IMG/VR virus record: IMGVR_UViG_3300035188_000399
Coordinates: 13,546-77,545 of that record
Strand: one strand, 5' to 3'
Source: a virus
Length of the DNA stretch: 64,000 bases
Shown here: piece after piece, positions 47,439 through 57,628 of the stretch
Layout of the letters: each line of letters opens with the position of its first letter
Position numbering within the stretch: the stretch's first letter is position 1
Translations under genes and position numbers: made by a program
Notes under the pieces: generated by a model
Told to the model about the DNA's origin: nothing
Databases searched by the model: none
What the model saw: only the letters and a program-made list of their open reading frames with translations

Positions 47439-49055
47439 TTAAATCTCCACAAAGTCGTCTGGTTGCATAAAGATCGATGCTTCTAATCTACCTGTTGGAT
47501 AGTCATAGTCAACACCTGGCACATTACCAGTTAGACCTGTAAACCTACTTTTTAATACTCTCATCTTAATGTGATTCCTAATTCTATCATCATCGTTTGA
47601 CATATCACGAGCAAATGCTATAATATCATTCGAGATTTGTTTAATCGAGCCTGAGCCTTTAATATCATCTAACGAAGGCAGTTGACCTTCTTCAAATGAC
47701 GTTTTACCTGTAGGTGTCTTTCTTAAATGTGATACTAGCCCAATCCAAACAGGATACCTCTTACATAGTCGTAATAAGTCATTCATTGTTTTGTCAATAG
47801 CTTCGTTACCAGTTAAGCCATCAACACCTTCCGAAACTAAAATAGTAATATGATCAATGAATAAATACTTACACCCAGACAACGCCATATATTCTAGTTT
47901 TTCAAATAATGTAGAATCTTCCATTGAGCCTTGATGATCAAGAACCATGATTCTATCATCACCGAATACAGCTCTAAAGCCTGCTTCCAACTCACTTTCT
48001 GTTAATTCTCGGAAAGATGGATTTACATTTAAAGGAATACCAGCAAGCTTACGTGTTGTTTCTGCAGGTGCCTCTTCAAGCGCTACTATACCTACCATCT
48101 CTTTAGTGGTATCTATAATATGCCATACAATTTCTCTCAATATAGTTGACTTACCTGAGCCGGTGCCTGACGTAAACAATACAATCTCGTTCTCACGCAT
48201 GCCTTTGGTTTTAGTATTTAATGCATCTAAGCATGGAGGATATGGTATAGACTCAATATCATTATATGCTTTTAAGGCTTCCCATAATTCATCACGTCCT
48301 AAGATACCGACAGGCGTATATTTAGATGCTTCCCAAATAGCTACTAATAGCTGTTGTCCGCCTTTCTCAAGTAACATTTGGCTAGGATCTTTTACAGGCA
48401 ATTTAGCTAATCGAACTTTGTCTGCACCTACATACTTAATAGCATCAGCTTTAGCTTTCTCACCTGCTTCATCATTGTCAAGGCATAATACAACTGTATC
48501 AAAGCCTCTGATCCAATCTCTGTGTGTAAGCAAAGTTTTTACATTTGATGCAGAAGGTATTGATACTACAGGATATATCTTTCCGTATTTATCAAGAGAC
48601 GCTTGAGCTACAGCCATTGCATCTAGTTCGCCTTCTGTTACAATCAGTCTTTTACCACCGCTTGTAAATTTATCCATGCCAAACAAAGTTGTAGGCTTGC
48701 CTATACACGAGAATGATTTAGGCAGTTGTCTTACTTTATAGATACCTTCCCCATAAGGATAGTAGTGCGTTGACACTTCACCATCTTCATTGAAAGCAAA
48801 TTTAACCCCAAAGAACTCTGAAACTTCTTTTGAAATCTTTCGTTCTTTAATGCCAGTTGTTCTTAGTTTCTCAATATCTAACGTGTATACTTTTTTCTTT
48901 TCCACTTGATTAAACTCCCGATCTTTGTAGTCAATATTGGATGGAAATCTTGTCTGGCAACTGAAGCAATATGATGTATAATCTTCATATATTTGCATTG
49001 CGTCAGATGACTTACAACTTAAACACGGTTGATTATGAACTATTACTTTACCCAT
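47439..49055 (-). CDS. T7 gp4-like primase-helicase
   Basis: CxxC/CxxC zinc finger, TOPRIM TEGELDA and LDNDEAG, SGTGSGKS, IDH, LVSHLRK and LKSRFTG. Confidence 0.95.
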   Translation of the reverse strand: MGKVIVHNQPCLSCKSSDAMQIYEDYTSYCFSCQTRFPSNIDYKDREFNQVEKKKVYTLDIEKLRTTGIKERKISKEVSEFFGVKFAFNEDGEVSTHYYPYGEGIYKVRQLPKSFSCIGKPTTLFGMDKFTSGGKRLIVTEGELDAMAVAQASLDKYGKIYPVVSIPSASNVKTLLTHRDWIRGFDTVVLCLDNDEAGEKAKADAIKYVGADKVRLAKLPVKDPSQMLLEKGGQQLLVAIWEASKYTPVGILGRDELWEALKAYNDIESIPYPPCLDALNTKTKGMRENEIVLFTSGTGSGKSTILREIVWHIIDTTKEMVGIVALEEAPAETTRKLAGIPLNVNPSFRELTESELEAGFRAVFGDDRIMVLDHQGSMEDSTLFEKLEYMALSGCKYLFIDHITILVSEGVDGLTGNEAIDKTMNDLLRLCKRYPVWIGLVSHLRKTPTGKTSFEEGQLPSLDDIKGSGSIKQISNDIIAFARDMSNDDDRIRNHIKMRVLKSRFTGLTGNVPGVDYDYPTGRLEASIFMQPDDFVEI

Positions 49056-49566
49056 CTTTATACCAATTGGTTAATGAATCTTGATTTGCATGTACGATTG
49101 TGTATAATCGCTCTCTGTGGTCTGCAGAGACATTTTCTTTAACATCCCATGAGACTTTCTCAATTTGTTTGTTATACCATTTTAATGACACTGGAGTTTC
49201 AACATGACATAATGACCATGTTTCTGCCCACGCTAAGCTGCCCTTTGTAGTATATTCTTCAATGACGATAAACTTAAACTCTTTCTTTGGTCTGCTTACG
49301 AAGTGAGACGCAAGACAGTTAGAGCTACTCTTGTATCTACGCCAATCAGATTCCTGCCCATAAGTAGCTTTACCATATGATCTGTAGTTCTTTTTGCCGA
49401 GATAGAATCTATCCAAGATCGTATCATATATAACATAGATGAATCCCACATATTTTTTATTTCCCTCGTTCATTTGTCTATGAAAACACCAATGTCCATT
49501 ATCAAATTTACTAACATCCGTGTTAGTAATTACGTGATCTATTTTACCAGTAAAGGCTGCCATCAT
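49048..49566 (-). CDS. GIY-YIG-like endonuclease
   Basis: GFIYVI...FYLGKK...ESDWRRYKSSS...WYN. Confidence 0.7.
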   Translation of the reverse strand: MMAAFTGKIDHVITNTDVSKFDNGHWCFHRQMNEGNKKYVGFIYVIYDTILDRFYLGKKNYRSYGKATYGQESDWRRYKSSSNCLASHFVSRPKKEFKFIVIEEYTTKGSLAWAETWSLCHVETPVSLKWYNKQIEKVSWDVKENVSADHRERLYTIVHANQDSLTNWYKDG

Positions 49567-50354
49567 CCATCTCTAATCTCCTGCGCTATTGGCCAATTAT
49601 CAAAACAGAAATAGTCATCATAAGTATTCTGTATATTAATTAATTTAGCATTAGCTAATAAATATTCTGCCCATTCATCTCCATTGGCTTTGATATATTC
49701 CTCAACTACTGCTGTTTGAAATTCTTCATCTGTCGTACAATGTGCTAAAGCTTTTTTAGCTTTTACTGGCCCCATTTTCCAGATGCCTGGTATATTATCA
49801 GTAGCATCACCTTTAAGTACTTGCTCATAGAAGTTTCTTTTGGCATCAAGTTCTGATACTTCTATTGTTTCTTTACTTCTAATATTATAATGCTTACCAG
49901 GTATCATCAATAGATCTTTGTCAATAGAACATATAACATAGTCTATATTGTGTGCCTTACATTCATTTGCCCAGATTCGTAGTAGATCATCGGCTTCTCT
50001 TCCATCAGCGGCTATTGCTAATCCTTCATCTACTGCCATTTGTCTAACAAACGGTACAAATAAATTAGGCTGACCGTTTGCACGATGTTTCTTATATTCA
50101 GAGAAAATCTCATCTCTATAATTACCTTCGCCTTTTACAGCCATACAATAATCACTAGCAAAAGTTTCTTCCATAATAACATCTAGCATTCTCTGAAAAT
50201 TCATCCAGATATTTTTACGATATTCAGTGTCTTGTGCTTGAGTAAATTCTTGAGGTATTACATTACCATCATCGTCCATATATGTAACACCATCAGACCG
50301 ATTGTAACAGCAGTTGTGTGCTAAAATATCACCATCAATCAAGGCTATCAGCAT
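49563..50354 (-). CDS. 5'-3' exonuclease (T7 gp6/FEN family)
   Basis: LIDGD, NYR, YK.HR, EADD, SIDKDL and GDATDNIPG. Confidence 0.92.
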   Translation of the reverse strand: MLIALIDGDILAHNCCYNRSDGVTYMDDDGNVIPQEFTQAQDTEYRKNIWMNFQRMLDVIMEETFASDYCMAVKGEGNYRDEIFSEYKKHRANGQPNLFVPFVRQMAVDEGLAIAADGREADDLLRIWANECKAHNIDYVICSIDKDLLMIPGKHYNIRSKETIEVSELDAKRNFYEQVLKGDATDNIPGIWKMGPVKAKKALAHCTTDEEFQTAVVEEYIKANGDEWAEYLLANAKLINIQNTYDDYFCFDNWPIAQEIRDG

Positions 50355-50640
50355 CTAAAACTCCCATCTCTTGAGAAAGTTGCATTCTTAAAAGTGTTCT
50401 ATCTATCTTATCTCTAATGTCAGGCACTCTTTCACAATTCAATCTAATATTACATTCGGATGATAATAGTATTAAAATTGCTTGTACATCAGATAACTCT
50501 GACTTAAGCTTTTCTTTGTTTGTTTTATCATATAATTCATATTTGTGATCAAGAGTAAATCTTAAGCATTTTGAAGCTTCCTGTGCTGCTTCTGAGAGTT
50601 CTTCCATTAAACATATAAGTAAATATTGTTCTTTATTCAT
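50335..50640 (-). CDS. MazG-like nucleotide pyrophosphohydrolase
   Basis: EELSEAAQEASKCLRF...SELSDV (EExxE...ExxD). Confidence 0.7.
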   Translation of the reverse strand: MNKEQYLLICLMEELSEAAQEASKCLRFTLDHKYELYDKTNKEKLKSELSDVQAILILLSSECNIRLNCERVPDIRDKIDRTLLRMQLSQEMGVLDADSLD

Positions 50641-51256
50641 TGCATTCCCTCATAAATTTAACAAGTACGATTCTACCATCTTTTTGATCTTTACCTTGAG
50701 ATACCCACGGCTGTCGCGCATGATACAACTGTGCATCATAAGTAATCATTGAATTACTTTCTGAATAAACCATATCATAAATTTCCCATTGATTATCATC
50801 TTCTGTAAATATATAATGTTCTTCTTTAATAGCCCTTTTGCCATACACAGGGTGTTTGAAGAAAGCTGTACCAGTTGTATTACTAGAGTCTAAATAGAAT
50901 AAACCAGCTACAGTAGGCTTTTGACCAAAGATATCTTGATCAGCGTGTATTCTAAACTCGATATCATGTACGCTTGTATTAAGCCTTACAAATGATATGA
51001 TATCTTTCAAATTCTTACCTGTATTAAATCTAGCTTGTGCTGTCAGTTTTTCATTAATATCTTTAGGAATGTCTTTGTAAAAGATAAATGTTCCATTCCC
51101 TTTTGGCATACGTCTGTACCCAGGTTTTCTACAATATTCTCTTAGAGACGCTAATTCAGCTTCAGAAAGAACATTAATGGATCTCGTACCAATCCCTTCC
51201 AATTTTTCCACTACCATCCATAATCTCCACACCAAATAGTTTAGGGCCATCTGCAA
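50633..51256 (-). CDS. 2OG-Fe(II) dioxygenase-like protein (start uncertain)
   Basis: IHAD (HxD), LFYL...GTAFF, N.MITYDAQLYH and distal R. Confidence 0.7.
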   Translation of the reverse strand: MQMALNYLVWRLWMVVEKLEGIGTRSINVLSEAELASLREYCRKPGYRRMPKGNGTFIFYKDIPKDINEKLTAQARFNTGKNLKDIISFVRLNTSVHDIEFRIHADQDIFGQKPTVAGLFYLDSSNTTGTAFFKHPVYGKRAIKEEHYIFTEDDNQWEIYDMVYSESNSMITYDAQLYHARQPWVSQGKDQKDGRIVLVKFMRECNE

Positions 51257-53042
51257 ATGCTTGTTTGCCTATTTCAGCAGCACGCTCTGCATATTCTTCA
51301 GGTACCATAAAGTCAATCTCATCGTGCATCATAATCAATGGTTGATAGGGGATACCCTCAAGAGCGAGTCGCTCCATTGTAAGCATGCAGGCTGCTCCAC
51401 ATGTGATCTTTTCTGCTGATTGTAGTAAATAGACAAGTAACTTATGAAAGCTATCCACATACACACGAGTGCCAGCCAAGCTAGGGATATAGCCATCTCC
51501 CTTTTTCTTTGTGTTTCCATATATTCTCTCCAATTTCTCACTTAAGTCTTTAAATCCTGGAACAGCTTTAATAAAGCCGCTCTTAAGCTTTTTACCTTTA
51601 GCATCATCTTGTGAGCCGAAGATATATGACCAAAGTTTACCGCCACTGGCACCGAACAAGAACGCATATAGGATTCTTTTAGCATTTGCTCTTGGAACTA
51701 CATGATTCATCTTAAGGTCTTTCTTTAGAATATCTGTTAAGATGTCAGCATTAAATTGATGAATGTCGCCATTGAGTAAAGTATCAATGAATGTTTCATC
51801 ATTTAAATAATGTGCTAATCCACGTGCTTGATTACCTGATGAATCACAGCCGACTAGTTTCCAGCCAGGCTTACATGAGAATAACTCTCTCATTTCTTTG
51901 CCCCATGGAGAATCTCCTGAAGGCACATTAACAATAATTGAATGTCTAGCACGCATACTTGGTGTACCGATTGTCATACAATCACCGTGTAGATTTCCTT
52001 CATCATCAACGTTCTTTAACCATGTCGTTAGAATACCAAACCTAGCTTTAACAGTTAAGAAATCTTTATAAAGCTTACCATCCCCACCTAAGAACTCTAA
52101 ACTGTCTTCAGTAATTTTTGGTGTCGTCTTTTCTTTCTTTCCTGTAATTGGATCAGCTTTAAAGTTCCAATCTGTTGGAACCCAACCGTGTCGGTATAGA
52201 AATACTTTTACATCAGTAACGGAATCCAAACTAAGTGGTTCAATAGTGATACGACAATACTCCCCATCAACCACCCTGTCATCAGGATCAAACCCACTCC
52301 AAGGATCCACATCAAACCATCTTGCGGTGTGTACATCATAACTCCCATCTTTCTTGTATTTAGGCTTCTTGGCTTCAACTATACCAAGCTTCTTATCTAC
52401 AGCTACTACTTTAAGGCCAAGCTTAGAATTTAGCGCATTATATGTTTTATCCATTTCAGCTTGTAATTTATCATATAATATTTGAGCTTTTTCTAAATCA
52501 AAGGGCCAACCTGCTAGATTAGCTTCAGCACACCATTTGCTTACAGCATGCTCAACTCTAATGTAGTCTTTAACTTTAGGAGCTTTTTCAGACAACTCTA
52601 TTAACTCTTTCTTTAGAATCTCTAATACTTTAACGTTTAACGAAACGTCATTGTCACAGTATTCGCCCATTTGCTCAGAGTAGTGAGTCCAGTCTTCAAA
52701 TTCTTGTTTAGGAAATTCAAGGTATTCGCCCCAACGCTTTAAGCCATGCCCATCGCTTCCAAACCTTCTATAGTCTAGCACTTGTGACAATATCAGAGTG
52801 TCTACTACTTTTACTGATTTAGGTAATTCATAATTAAACAGCTTCTTTAATACTGCCAAGTCATATCCAATTATATTATGCCCTATGACTTGTCGGGCGT
52901 TGTTAAATAAATGTATCCAATGCATATCTCCTTGTAAGAATCTCATTCGTTTATTTGCACTTACATCATGTACAACCATGATCCACATTTGTGTAACGTC
53001 TTTTAACAAACCATCTGTTTCAATATCGAATACATAATTCAT
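51174..53042 (-). CDS. polA: Family A DNA polymerase (T7 gp5-like)
   Basis: DIETDG, GHNIIGYD, YCDNDV, GCDSSGNQAR, RANAKRILYAFLFG and HDE. Confidence 0.95.
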   Translation of the reverse strand: MNYVFDIETDGLLKDVTQMWIMVVHDVSANKRMRFLQGDMHWIHLFNNARQVIGHNIIGYDLAVLKKLFNYELPKSVKVVDTLILSQVLDYRRFGSDGHGLKRWGEYLEFPKQEFEDWTHYSEQMGEYCDNDVSLNVKVLEILKKELIELSEKAPKVKDYIRVEHAVSKWCAEANLAGWPFDLEKAQILYDKLQAEMDKTYNALNSKLGLKVVAVDKKLGIVEAKKPKYKKDGSYDVHTARWFDVDPWSGFDPDDRVVDGEYCRITIEPLSLDSVTDVKVFLYRHGWVPTDWNFKADPITGKKEKTTPKITEDSLEFLGGDGKLYKDFLTVKARFGILTTWLKNVDDEGNLHGDCMTIGTPSMRARHSIIVNVPSGDSPWGKEMRELFSCKPGWKLVGCDSSGNQARGLAHYLNDETFIDTLLNGDIHQFNADILTDILKKDLKMNHVVPRANAKRILYAFLFGASGGKLWSYIFGSQDDAKGKKLKSGFIKAVPGFKDLSEKLERIYGNTKKKGDGYIPSLAGTRVYVDSFHKLLVYLLQSAEKITCGAACMLTMERLALEGIPYQPLIMMHDEIDFMVPEEYAERAAEIGKQAFADGPKLFGVEIMDGSGKIGRDWYEIH

Positions 53043-53053
53043 ATATAATTTCC

Positions 53054-53086
53054 AAATAAAAGGCACCCCAGTGTTAGTGAGGTGCC
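53054..53086 (-). terminator. Terminator-like hairpin
   Basis: GGCACCTC...GGGGTGCC then TTTTATTT. Confidence 0.6.
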
Positions 53087-53093
53087 GATTTTG

Positions 53094-53786
53094 TTATAGG
53101 ATGCTGTCCACTTCTCCAACCTTTATCGGTCTGCCGGCCTTTTTATAGGCGATTAGGTACTTTAAGTACCATAAAGCTTTTTGGAGTTCTTGAAGAGACT
53201 CATCCTTCTGACCATTACGGTCAAGGTATTTTCTTATTTGAAGTTCAACAGCTGCTTCAAATTTGATTGGATCTCTAAGAGTAGGTATTCTACTCATAGT
53301 ATCTAACCATTGTAATTCTTCTACATATCCTTTATAATGCGCAGGATCTACAGCTGTATCATCTTTTTGAATATAGTCCATTAGAAACCTATCGAATTGT
53401 TCTTCATTATAGAATGTGTGAATTAGTTTATCATTAACAATAAACTCTGCAATTAAATGATCATTCTCTAAATTATATTCAGTTGTATCTCTTACATTTT
53501 TACTAAGATATTCGTCAATATCAAATTTTCCAATTAGATTACCATCGTAATAAAATTCAATATTACGCTGTTCTTTTTTAATCCAATGGTTTCTTTCTAT
53601 TTGAGCATGCCATGCATCTAAAGCATCAGCATTTCTTATAAAAGAAATATCACCATTAAGCTCATATGCTCTAATGTGATAACCATCTCTAAAATTATAT
53701 CGCATTTCGCCTAATTCTTCTTCTCGAATATTAGCCACAAATTGATTGTCTTTATTGAAGATTCTATATCTATATCTTTGTGTCAT
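53094..53786 (-). CDS. DUF3310 (T7 gp1.7-like nucleotide kinase) domain protein
   Basis: C-terminal VDPAHY...KYLDRNGQKD...LQKALWYL. Confidence 0.7.
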   Translation of the reverse strand: MTQRYRYRIFNKDNQFVANIREEELGEMRYNFRDGYHIRAYELNGDISFIRNADALDAWHAQIERNHWIKKEQRNIEFYYDGNLIGKFDIDEYLSKNVRDTTEYNLENDHLIAEFIVNDKLIHTFYNEEQFDRFLMDYIQKDDTAVDPAHYKGYVEELQWLDTMSRIPTLRDPIKFEAAVELQIRKYLDRNGQKDESLQELQKALWYLKYLIAYKKAGRPIKVGEVDSIL

Positions 53787-53798
53787 ATGAAAGGCCTC

Positions 53799-54293
53799 TT
53801 AAAATACGTCATCGTCTTCGTTAGTATTTTCGCTGAATTCTCTTTCATAACTTGTTTCACCAAAGTCGTCTTCACGTGGTTTTGGTGTATATACGACATG
53901 CTTTGTAATTTGCACTGTCATTAAGGTAAAGCCTTTCTTTGTTGCACCACCTGGATCTTTGTATTCATATTCAAATACACGGATGTTACCAATGGATCCA
54001 TTTCCAATAGTATCAGGGTCAATAGGTCTTAATTTACCATCGATCAATTTAACAGGATCGTTTGGAGTCCCATCAGACTTAATAGACTTCTTTTTGAGGT
54101 TAGCTCTGAAGAATGTATCGCCTTCATCTGGAACTATTGCTTTGACTGTCAAGCCAATAGCTTCCCATTCTTTCTTTTTCTCTTTATCCGTAGTCCGAAT
54201 TTGGATTTCCCATGTTGGGTTGTCACGGTTGAATTTACCGTTTGGTTTGCCCAATTTTGCGAAGTAAATTTCTACATCGTATAACTTTGCCAT
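53799..54293 (-). CDS. Single-stranded DNA-binding protein (T7 gp2.5-like)
   Basis: IGNGS.G, acidic tail ending DDDVF, first gene of the replication operon. Confidence 0.75.
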   Translation of the reverse strand: MAKLYDVEIYFAKLGKPNGKFNRDNPTWEIQIRTTDKEKKKEWEAIGLTVKAIVPDEGDTFFRANLKKKSIKSDGTPNDPVKLIDGKLRPIDPDTIGNGSIGNIRVFEYEYKDPGGATKKGFTLMTVQITKHVVYTPKPREDDFGETSYEREFSENTNEDDDVF

Positions 54294-54319
54294 TGCGATT
54301 TCCTCTTTTGATTTTTGAA

Positions 54320-54339
54320 TTAGGGTTAATTTAACGGGG
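54320..54339 (-). promoter_or_regulatory. Class A repeated motif
   Basis: Exact copy 27 nt upstream of the SSB start. It overlaps the inverted repeat GGGTCTCTA/TAGAGACCC. Confidence 0.7.
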
Positions 54340-54369
54340 TCTCTAAATGATTATAGAGACCCACATTGG

Positions 54370-54780
54370 TTAAGAGAGATCTACTGATTCTTGAACATTC
54401 TCATTTACACGAGCAAGATTCTCAGGAATGAACCACACATGACCACCAGTATCACTAGTAACAATATGAATTTCAAACCAATCCGAATCTGGAATTCTTT
54501 GAGCTATATCAAAAGATCCAGGATCTAGCGCAAGATTAGTTTCTTTGAAGACACCTCTATCATCTAATCCCATGAACTTAATTTGTAAGAAATCACCGAA
54601 GCTTTCTAAGATATGTATGTTGCCGCCAAACTCATGTACATATCCTGCGGCATCATGTGTAGTTTTTACAATAGGCTCAAGCTTGCGCCACAATGGTTTC
54701 CAGTGAGGATGTGTTTTCTTGCCATCAAAGAATTCTCTGACATGTGAATTTTGTTTGAACGTAATCATTGTTTGCTCCAT
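54370..54780 (-). CDS. Hypothetical protein
   Basis: ORF track. Confidence 0.6.
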   Translation of the reverse strand: MEQTMITFKQNSHVREFFDGKKTHPHWKPLWRKLEPIVKTTHDAAGYVHEFGGNIHILESFGDFLQIKFMGLDDRGVFKETNLALDPGSFDIAQRIPDSDWFEIHIVTSDTGGHVWFIPENLARVNENVQESVDLS

Positions 54781-54910
54781 TTAGAAAACATATCTATGTA
54801 TCGGTCAATCGTTTTAGCAGTCTCATCATAACCGTCTTGGCCTGCGCCAATAAATGCTCTTAGCAGTTTCAATAGTGTTAGCAATTCTGCAATCTCTTCT
54901 GTGAGTAATT

Positions 54911-55249
54911 TCATTTTTGTGTCTCAGCCTCTTTCAGTAATGCATCAAGTTTCAAGTCAAGCAGGTGTTTAACCTTGACAGCCATTTCAGACTGTACAGC
55001 TTCTTGGCCGTAGTGAGCTGCAGCTATCGTGTATAGCGTGCGAGAGTTAGGAATAAAACAGTTGAAAAATAACATAGCAAAGCTTGCAAACGCGACATTT
55101 CTAAATACACGTATAGATGTATCACTCTCTTCACTATGGCCAATAATCCATCCTAGCGGTCCCGCCACTATTCCAATACACCCTAATAAAGCAAGGAATG
55201 CACTTAATTTATCGCTTACATTTGCTAGGTATATAAATAACTCAATCAT
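54911..55249 (-). CDS. Two-TM membrane protein
   Basis: Two hydrophobic segments and FIPNSRTLYTIA. Confidence 0.65.
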   Translation of the reverse strand: MIELFIYLANVSDKLSAFLALLGCIGIVAGPLGWIIGHSEESDTSIRVFRNVAFASFAMLFFNCFIPNSRTLYTIAAAHYGQEAVQSEMAVKVKHLLDLKLDALLKEAETQK

Positions 55250-55445
55250 TTCGTATTTCCTGCTTTGCAGTTTTCAATTGTCTTTCCCAATTAGCTAGGT
55301 AAGGCTCAATAGCTTCTTTATCCCATGTGCCATCAGCGGCATGATTAGGAAGCCTTCCTGAATATAAAGCCATACCTAATTGCATTTGATTGATGCCTAA
55401 TCTAATCATTGCATCTCTAGTGCTTACTCTCATTTTTAATCCCAT
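55242..55445 (-). CDS. Small HTH/excisionase-like DNA-binding protein
   Basis: STRDAMIRLGI...SGRLP...W. Confidence 0.5.
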   Translation of the reverse strand: MGLKMRVSTRDAMIRLGINQMQLGMALYSGRLPNHAADGTWDKEAIEPYLANWERQLKTAKQEIRND

Positions 55446-55611
55446 GAATAATTATAATAGTTTCTAACTCTGCAATTCTTTGTTGAAGTACAGCATTTTG
55501 TTCAAATTGATCTTTCGCTACTTTATACCAATGTACATTCTTATACATTACAAAAAATAGCGAAGCCCATAAAGCCATATCACCGTAAGACATCATTAAT
55601 TTTGTCCTCAA
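55417..55611 (-). CDS. Small membrane-anchored protein
   Basis: Hydrophobic N-terminus plus short coiled coil. Confidence 0.45.
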   Translation of the reverse strand: MRTKLMMSYGDMALWASLFFVMYKNVHWYKVAKDQFEQNAVLQQRIAELETIIIIHGIKNESKH

Positions 55612-55728
55612 CTATCTTTATTAAGTCAATACCAATCAATCGAAAAGGTATGTATAAAATGTATATCAATACAAATAAAGGTATTAATACTGTAAGTGAA
55701 AACATTGTCTTCCATATATCTTTTAACA

Positions 55729-55995
55729 TTATTGCTCCATTGTCTTTAATTGATTGTAATTCAAAATAGCCATACCGCCCAGCTCAGCTTTCATATTGAG
55801 TGCTGCGTATTCTTCAGCTGCCTTGTAAGCTGTCTTGTACATATGATCGATATTATCATCAATCAGTGCTCTATCAAGCATATTTTTATTTCGTGGAGTA
55901 AATGAATCATCATTCCACTGGTCGCATACGTAATCCTCAAAATCACATATTTCTAAATTTAAAACATAGTTAATCGTACTCAGAATATTATCCAT
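55729..55995 (-). CDS. Hypothetical protein
   Basis: ORF track; SD AGGAG. Confidence 0.55.
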   Translation of the reverse strand: MDNILSTINYVLNLEICDFEDYVCDQWNDDSFTPRNKNMLDRALIDDNIDHMYKTAYKAAEEYAALNMKAELGGMAILNYNQLKTMEQ

Positions 55996-56004
55996 TATGG
56001 TCTC

Positions 56005-56379
56005 CTAGAAAAATAATAAATCGCCAATTTTTACCATTTTAACTTTTGTTCTAAAGCGCTTGCCTAAAGGCACATTATTAAAATGCTTATAGCCTTCTGT
56101 TAATTTGGTCGTTCTGAGATTTCTGAATAACATTTTTCGCGCCAATTCATATTGCTTATCCAACACGTCTCTGTCGGCTTTACGCTTAGGGTGGGGTGTT
56201 TTCATACCATGTCGTGCCCATGTAAATAGTCCTGGATCTCTTTGAATCACATGACATAAATCTTCACCTGGACGGGCGTGTTCAATTAATACTTGACCTA
56301 CGCCTAGCATAGTATCAACTGGTTGGTTTCTTGCCTCGAAATACATTACAGCTACGAGACAACCTATTGATGTTAACAT
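56005..56379 (-). CDS. SleB/Hydrolase_2-family cell wall hydrolase-like protein
   Basis: CL...MYFEARNQ...VGQV...LC.VI...FTW...KIGDLLFF. Confidence 0.75.
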   Translation of the reverse strand: MLTSIGCLVAVMYFEARNQPVDTMLGVGQVLIEHARPGEDLCHVIQRDPGLFTWARHGMKTPHPKRKADRDVLDKQYELARKMLFRNLRTTKLTEGYKHFNNVPLGKRFRTKVKMVKIGDLLFF

Positions 56380-56434
56380 ACTTTGCTCCTTTTCATTTTG
56401 AGCAGTTTAAAGCTTACTCAGGCTTTACAACTAA

Positions 56435-56911
56435 TTAATCCCAGTATTGAGATACAAAATCAAGATGTGTAGCTGGTGCCAACTTAGCTAATGACCATGA
56501 TGTGTAGTTACCATTAGGAAATGCTACACGAACATTTACATTGATATCATATGGCATGCTATCAATATTTATTACAAACTGTGATGTTTTACATGCACCT
56601 GAAACGCTGTAGCTTAAGCCGAATACTACACCAACATCATTAGAGCTTGTGTTACGCGCAAATGGGCTATGGTCTCCTAATATTTTCCAAATTTCTGCGG
56701 AGATGAATCTGTTGATAACAAATAAATCTTTATCAGAAATAAGGAATTTCTTAGGTCTCCGTGGAGCTTCCAATTCAGCTTTCAAATTATTTAACAGCAT
56801 ACTAATGAGGCCATCGTTAGCCAATGCTGCAGAAGTACGTGAGATACCTGAGTTCCCTTTAGAGATTGAAGTAATTTTGTGAAATGATGGTGCTTTCTTT
56901 TCTATGATCAT
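56435..56911 (-). CDS. Hypothetical protein
   Basis: ORF track. Confidence 0.55.
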   Translation of the reverse strand: MIIEKKAPSFHKITSISKGNSGISRTSAALANDGLISMLLNNLKAELEAPRRPKKFLISDKDLFVINRFISAEIWKILGDHSPFARNTSSNDVGVVFGLSYSVSGACKTSQFVINIDSMPYDINVNVRVAFPNGNYTSWSLAKLAPATHLDFVSQYWD

Positions 56912-56913
56912 AC

Positions 56914-57285
56914 TTATTCTCCTTTGTAGAGTTCAATTTTAAATACAAATATTTCAGGCGGTAAAAGTTCGCCAACAGCGTCAGCGCCAGCAAGCATTTC
57001 AGAATACGACAGAGATTCATCTGTAATCATCTCAAACTCATCTCCGCAATGAACATACACATGATTTACATCAGCATCTAAACACATTGCTTCAGACAGA
57101 TGTCCATCTGAAATAGTAAAGTAAGTATTAACCAGGCTGATGTCATAGTCATTGATTTTTATCCAATCACTATTAAATTCAATATGCTTAAGGGGATGCC
57201 CCATGTAATACTGGGCAGTGAGTAATTTCTTACGGAGTTCAGCTCTATCATCGGTTACAGCTGAAATGTACTCTTTGACTGACAT
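56914..57285 (-). CDS. Hypothetical protein
   Basis: ORF track. Confidence 0.55.
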   Translation of the reverse strand: MSVKEYISAVTDDRAELRKKLLTAQYYMGHPLKHIEFNSDWIKINDYDISLVNTYFTISDGHLSEAMCLDADVNHVYVHCGDEFEMITDESLSYSEMLAGADAVGELLPPEIFVFKIELYKGE

Positions 57286-57287
57286 GA

Positions 57288-57488
57288 TTAATCCTTATAT
57301 AAAATAAATACAGTAGCGGAAGGGTGATAAGAAGGTGTACCAGGAATACATACAACATCGGTTAAAAACCAATTATCATTAAGAAGGTCTTCTAATGCGC
57401 TATAATCTTCTTTACAATTTTCAGCTAATTTCAAAATCTTATTACGAGTCTTTCTCTCAGGCTGTTTAATCATTGTTACATTACTCAT
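57288..57488 (-). CDS. Hypothetical protein
   Basis: ORF track; SD GAGGTG. Confidence 0.55.
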   Translation of the reverse strand: MSNVTMIKQPERKTRNKILKLAENCKEDYSALEDLLNDNWFLTDVVCIPGTPSYHPSATVFILYKD

Positions 57489-57628
57489 ATCTCACCTCTA
57501 GTAATAAATTAAAGTTTTCTCGAAAACCTCTAAAAGACTTTCATTGCTTAGCCTGACTAATGTAAAATTTACTTCACCAGCATCTTCAAGATCTATATAC
57601 CATTTTGAAGATAATATTCTATCAATCA

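Noticed and set aside
51174-53042. Z-genome (DpoZ/PurZ) system
   Set aside because: No purZ or datZ is visible here, and the polymerase substitutions alone are insufficient.
13979-54339. Class A repeats as a CRISPR array or telomere-like TTAGGG repeat
   Set aside because: The copies are dispersed, not regularly spaced. TTAGGG occurs once per copy, and the copies sit at operon heads.
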